From NCBI GenBank assembly GCA_030603665.1, contig JAUVXJ010000003.1, positions 85,377 to 149,376 of the forward strand: a stretch of DNA of 64,000 nucleotides. Direction: 5' to 3'. A program made the position numbers and the translations under genes. Within the stretch, counting starts at the first letter, position 1. The number at the start of each line of letters is the position of its first letter. Positions 60,326 to 64,000 of this stretch are shown one piece after another. The notes beneath the pieces were generated by a model that worked only from the letters and a program-made list of their open reading frames with translations, searched no databases and was not told the DNA's origin. This DNA is from Chloroflexota bacterium (GTDB taxonomy: Bacteria > Chloroflexota > Anaerolineae > UBA7937 > B3-Chlor).

Positions 60326-60369
60326 GACTGATCGAATTCAGAAAGGCGGCTGTTTGCAGAGTTCCGAAG

Positions 60370-62085
60370 ATGGGAAAACTGGGTGACGCGCTACGTGAAG
60401 CGCGAAAACGAAAGAATTGGTCGCTGGCTCAAGCCGAGGGGGCTACCCGAATCAGGCAGCAGTATATAGTTGCCCTGGAGAAGGAGCACTTCGCTGAGTT
60501 TGCCGGTGAGAGCCAGATCAGGGGCTTCCTCCGGACCTATGCTTTGCACCTCGGTCTGGATCCGGAGGAGATACTGGAGTACTACGATGAGGAGCCGAGG
60601 AAGCTATCTCTCCGGCCCACTATTCCCACCCTCCGCTCTCTTAGCCCCTGGTCCATGATGAATCTCTTGATTCTTCTCTCTATTGTGATCATCGTTGGGG
60701 CCATGGGCCTGTACGTTGCGTCGAGGCAGTCCGCGCCCCCTCCCACCCCCACACCCACAGCCACCCAGGTCACGGTGATTCACACCACACCTCGATACGT
60801 TCTGGAAGTCAGTCTGGACTATGAGGGACATCGCCTCGACGCCACCCAGCGGCTGGATTTCGCCAACATGACAGAAGACACCCTCGAAGAGTTGGTGTTC
60901 AACGTGTTCCCCAACCATGCGGAAGACGTCTTTCTCTTGAAGAGCGTGTCCACGGAACAGGGCGAAGGGGATGAAGAGCCTCCGCAGCTGGAGTACAAGC
61001 TCAACGGGACGAGCCTGCGGGTGAGCCTGCCGTCCCCACTGGAACCCGAAGACCAGACCACGCTCTTTCTTACGTTCTCCCTGGATCTGCCGCGCATGAA
61101 CCCCTATCTTCAATGGAGCAACGGCAGTCTGGGCTATTCAGACCGAATGCTGGCCGCGGGCAACTGGTATCCCGCCCTGGTGCCGTACAAGCAGGGCCAG
61201 GGCTGGAGTATGTTTGCCTTTCACCTCGTAGGCGACCCTTACGTCACCGAGGTGGCCGACTACGAGGTAGAGATAGTGGCTCCCTCGCAGGTTGTGGTGG
61301 CGGGCAGCGGAGAAGAGCAACGTTTCGGCAATCGTTGGCGCTACACCGCCTCCGAGGCTCGTTCCTTCGCCTTCACCGCCAGCGACGAGTACGTGGTGGC
61401 CACCCAACAGGCCGGTCATGTCACGGTGTCGTCGTACTTCTTCCCGGCGCACGAGCGCAGTGGCTCCGATGCGCTCGTCGCCGCCTCTGAAGCACTGCTG
61501 GCCTTTGAGGAACTCTTTGGACCCTATCCATACTCCAGCTATCGCGTGGCCGAGGTGGACTTCGCAGGAGCCATGGAGTTCTCGGGAATGGCTTTCATGG
61601 GAGATGACTGGTATGGCGATCACCCTGGCGGGTACCGCAGCCGGATGGTATCGCTGCTGGTCCACGAGGTGGCTCATCAGTGGTGGTATGGATCGGTGGG
61701 CAACAACCAGGCAAGGGAGCCGTGGCTCGATGAGGCACTGGCCACCTACAGCTCGATGCTCTACTACGAACGGATGCATCCGGAGTTGGTGGAATGGTGG
61801 TGGGACGTTGAGGTGGAAAGCTACCGGCCTCAGGGACAGATCGACCGTCCCATCTATGCGTTCATGGATGGCCGAACCTATCTCAATGCCGTCTACCGCC
61901 GGGGCGCCCTCTTCGTCAGAGACCTTAGAGACCGTATGGGCGACGAGGAGTTCTTCGCCTTCCTGCGCGACTACTACGAGAGCCAGACAAACGAACTCAG
62001 CACCGCTGACGATTTCTTCGGCATTCTGAATCGCCACACTGCTGTGGACATCTCCTCTCTCAGGGAGGAGTACTTTGGCCCCTAG
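60370..62085 (+). CDS. RodZ-type HTH (HTH_25) + TM + M1 family zinc aminopeptidase fusion
   Basis: LGDALREAR...TRIRQQYIVALE...RGFLRTYALHLGLD; GAMEF, HEVAHQWW, WLDEALATY, VYRRG. Confidence 0.88.
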   Translation: MGKLGDALREARKRKNWSLAQAEGATRIRQQYIVALEKEHFAEFAGESQIRGFLRTYALHLGLDPEEILEYYDEEPRKLSLRPTIPTLRSLSPWSMMNLLILLSIVIIVGAMGLYVASRQSAPPPTPTPTATQVTVIHTTPRYVLEVSLDYEGHRLDATQRLDFANMTEDTLEELVFNVFPNHAEDVFLLKSVSTEQGEGDEEPPQLEYKLNGTSLRVSLPSPLEPEDQTTLFLTFSLDLPRMNPYLQWSNGSLGYSDRMLAAGNWYPALVPYKQGQGWSMFAFHLVGDPYVTEVADYEVEIVAPSQVVVAGSGEEQRFGNRWRYTASEARSFAFTASDEYVVATQQAGHVTVSSYFFPAHERSGSDALVAASEALLAFEELFGPYPYSSYRVAEVDFAGAMEFSGMAFMGDDWYGDHPGGYRSRMVSLLVHEVAHQWWYGSVGNNQAREPWLDEALATYSSMLYYERMHPELVEWWWDVEVESYRPQGQIDRPIYAFMDGRTYLNAVYRRGALFVRDLRDRMGDEEFFAFLRDYYESQTNELSTADDFFGILNRHTAVDISSLREEYFGP

Positions 62086-63781
62086 GCAGACTGGGGCGTT
62101 CACCCTTGCACTGCTCCTCTTCCTCGGATCCTTGCTCGCAGGCCGCCTGATCTCAGGGAATCCAGTCCCCATCTCCCCGGTGAGCAGCTCCCGCCCTACG
62201 AGCACCCAACCGGTTCCAGACGCCACGGCCACTGCTACCCCGATTCAGACACCGATTCCAACACCAACCCTTCCACCATCACCAACTTCGACCTTGCAGT
62301 CGACCGGTACTGTCCTCTTGAACGAGAGCAACACAACGGTCTACGCGCTTCCCCAGGACTGCCTGATCCACCCCTTGCGGCTGCTGGTCTGGAACGACGA
62401 GGTATATGCCCTGGACACGGGCCAGTTGAAGCTCATCGGTTTGGGTACTGAGCCCACGTGCCGGGCGATCCGACCTCCAGGCGGCCGGGTTGGTGAGATG
62501 GTGCTTCAGGAGCTGGCCGATATCGCCCTCGCCGAGAACGAAGGATCGCTCTTGTTGCTCGATGGAGCTGGGAACGTCGTCCTCTACTCTCCTGTCGACG
62601 ACGACTGGCAGGTGGAGCGTCTGGCCCACGCAGCGTATGCGAGCTCCCGCCAGTACCTGGTTACTGTCTCCGCGCACCAAGACGCCTTCTACCTGCTGGA
62701 CGCCAACGTAGGCCAGATCTGGCAGCATACGAACAAACGCGCAGAGGTCATTCCTGTGGACCTGGACCTGCGAGAGAGCGTGGATCTCACCGTGGGAGAA
62801 TACGTCTTCGTGCTGGCCCAGGAGGGATATCGTGGGCCCCTGCGCCTGCACAGGCTGGTTGGACAGCCCCTTGAGCGTGACCCAGCTTTCGTGCCACCAT
62901 CGGATCTGGAGAATCCTTCGCTCCTGTTCCAGGACAAAGAAGCAGGAGGATACCTGTACGTGGTTGACATGAGTCACCAGCGCCTACGTGTGCTCGATCC
63001 CTCCACCGGCGACCTGGTGAGGGAGTATATCTTTGCCAGCGGAGGGCCGCAGATCGATGCGGCTTACGCCCGAGGGCAGAAGCTGTATCTGGCATCGAGT
63101 GATGCGATCTACGTCTATCCACGCGAGCCCGCGGGGCTCGGCGGGTTGGCCCCCGCACCTGCACCCCAGGGCGACCTAGTGTCGCTCCCGCCCCATGACT
63201 CCAGGGTAATAGAGCTGCTCCCTCCCCTCACGCTGCCCATCGAAGGGACGATGATCTCCGATCTCGCATTCCGGCTGCCGGGAGCGCCCCGCTCTTACCG
63301 GTACGGGGTACATGAGGGCATCGACTTCTACTGGGCTGCCGGAGAGATGGTGACGGATACCACCCCGGTCTTGAGCGTCGCAGATGGCAGAGTCGTCCGT
63401 GCCGACACCGACTACGAGCCCCCCACACTCCAGGCGATAGAGACCATGCTGGCCCATTCCGAAGAGGTGTACCACACGCCAGAGGATGTGTTGGATGTCC
63501 TGCGAGGACGCCAGGTGTGGATAGAGCACGAAAGCGGTCTGATCAGCCGCTACTGCCATCTGAGCGCCGTTGCAGAGGAGCTTGAGGCTGGAGATCACGT
63601 GGAACAGAGCCAGATGGTCGGATACGTTGGCAACTCCGGCACCCCCGCCTCGTACTACGACCCAGGTCAGGAGATGCATCTGCACCTCGAGATCAGGATC
63701 GGCGAGGGGTACCTGGGGCAGTATCTTCGACCCATCGAAGTGAAGCGGTGGCTCTATCAGGTTTTCGGCGCAGGTGCTTGA
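62075..63781 (+). CDS. M23 family metallopeptidase with N-terminal beta-propeller-like region
   Basis: Signal anchor, PT linker, HEGIDF, YCHL, VGNSG, HLHLEI. Confidence 0.88.
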   Translation: MAPRQTGAFTLALLLFLGSLLAGRLISGNPVPISPVSSSRPTSTQPVPDATATATPIQTPIPTPTLPPSPTSTLQSTGTVLLNESNTTVYALPQDCLIHPLRLLVWNDEVYALDTGQLKLIGLGTEPTCRAIRPPGGRVGEMVLQELADIALAENEGSLLLLDGAGNVVLYSPVDDDWQVERLAHAAYASSRQYLVTVSAHQDAFYLLDANVGQIWQHTNKRAEVIPVDLDLRESVDLTVGEYVFVLAQEGYRGPLRLHRLVGQPLERDPAFVPPSDLENPSLLFQDKEAGGYLYVVDMSHQRLRVLDPSTGDLVREYIFASGGPQIDAAYARGQKLYLASSDAIYVYPREPAGLGGLAPAPAPQGDLVSLPPHDSRVIELLPPLTLPIEGTMISDLAFRLPGAPRSYRYGVHEGIDFYWAAGEMVTDTTPVLSVADGRVVRADTDYEPPTLQAIETMLAHSEEVYHTPEDVLDVLRGRQVWIEHESGLISRYCHLSAVAEELEAGDHVEQSQMVGYVGNSGTPASYYDPGQEMHLHLEIRIGEGYLGQYLRPIEVKRWLYQVFGAGA

Positions 63782-63807
63782 CAACCGTTCCAGCCGGGCA
63801 CTATAAT
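63778..63807 (+). promoter_or_regulatory. sigma70 promoter
   Basis: TTGACA-18-TATAAT. Confidence 0.7.
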
Positions 63808-63869
63808 CTGCACGCCTTGAGGCATCTATCTTCTTTGCAGACCAGAGGCGACAATCTAGCGAGGTTCAA

Positions 63870-64000
63870 GTGCGCAAACTCCAACTGGCCATAACCACCT
63901 TTCTCTTGGTCGTGCTGGCCACAATCGGATTCCTGGCCTACAAGCTCCGTGAGTACGATAGCTATCGCGAGGGCATATACCCAGGGGTCTCGGCCGCGGG
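63870..64000 (+). CDS. 5' end of probable VanW/YoaR-like peptidoglycan-binding protein (partial)
   Basis: MRKLQLAITTFLLVVLATIGFLAY...EGIYPGVSAAG: TM followed by IYPGV motif. Confidence 0.5.
   Translation, partial: MRKLQLAITTFLLVVLATIGFLAYKLREYDSYREGIYPGVSAA

Overview
64-kb chromosomal window from a GC-rich anaerobic bacterium, most likely Chloroflexota/Anaerolineae. This is an inference from the Pro/Thr-rich linkers, the Y-x-P-L-[VG]-type tails on exported proteases and the gene content. No rRNA, tRNA, CRISPR array, transposase, integrase or reverse transcriptase was recognised. In order, the window holds: archaeal-type PEP carboxylase (partial), a lactate permease, and a small defence-like islet (decayed tubulin-like gene, orphan Pycsar-effector-like membrane protein, Phd/RelE toxin-antitoxin pair). 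Next come comEC and phenylacetate-CoA ligase, then a plastic 10-36 kb region where gene ends (comEC, an alpha/beta-hydrolase lipoprotein, iorA/VOC) are duplicated and flank small, partly foreign cargo. Within it an FGE-sulfatase gene has a DGR-type variable-region codon signature. A FadR-headed ABC-transporter/flavoenzyme operon and a reductive pyrimidine-degradation operon together carry four PreA-like paralogues: one canonical, one with paired active-site Asn->Asp changes, one with a fully rewired active site, and one pseudogene. Exported proteases include a C25 peptidase, a chagasin-inhibitor/papain fusion and an S8 peptidase. After housekeeping genes (sirtuin, nfi, prs, meaB) the window ends with a RodZ-HTH/M1-peptidase fusion in an M23/VanW-like cell-wall cluster. 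All calls are from motif recognition by eye; no database searches were run.
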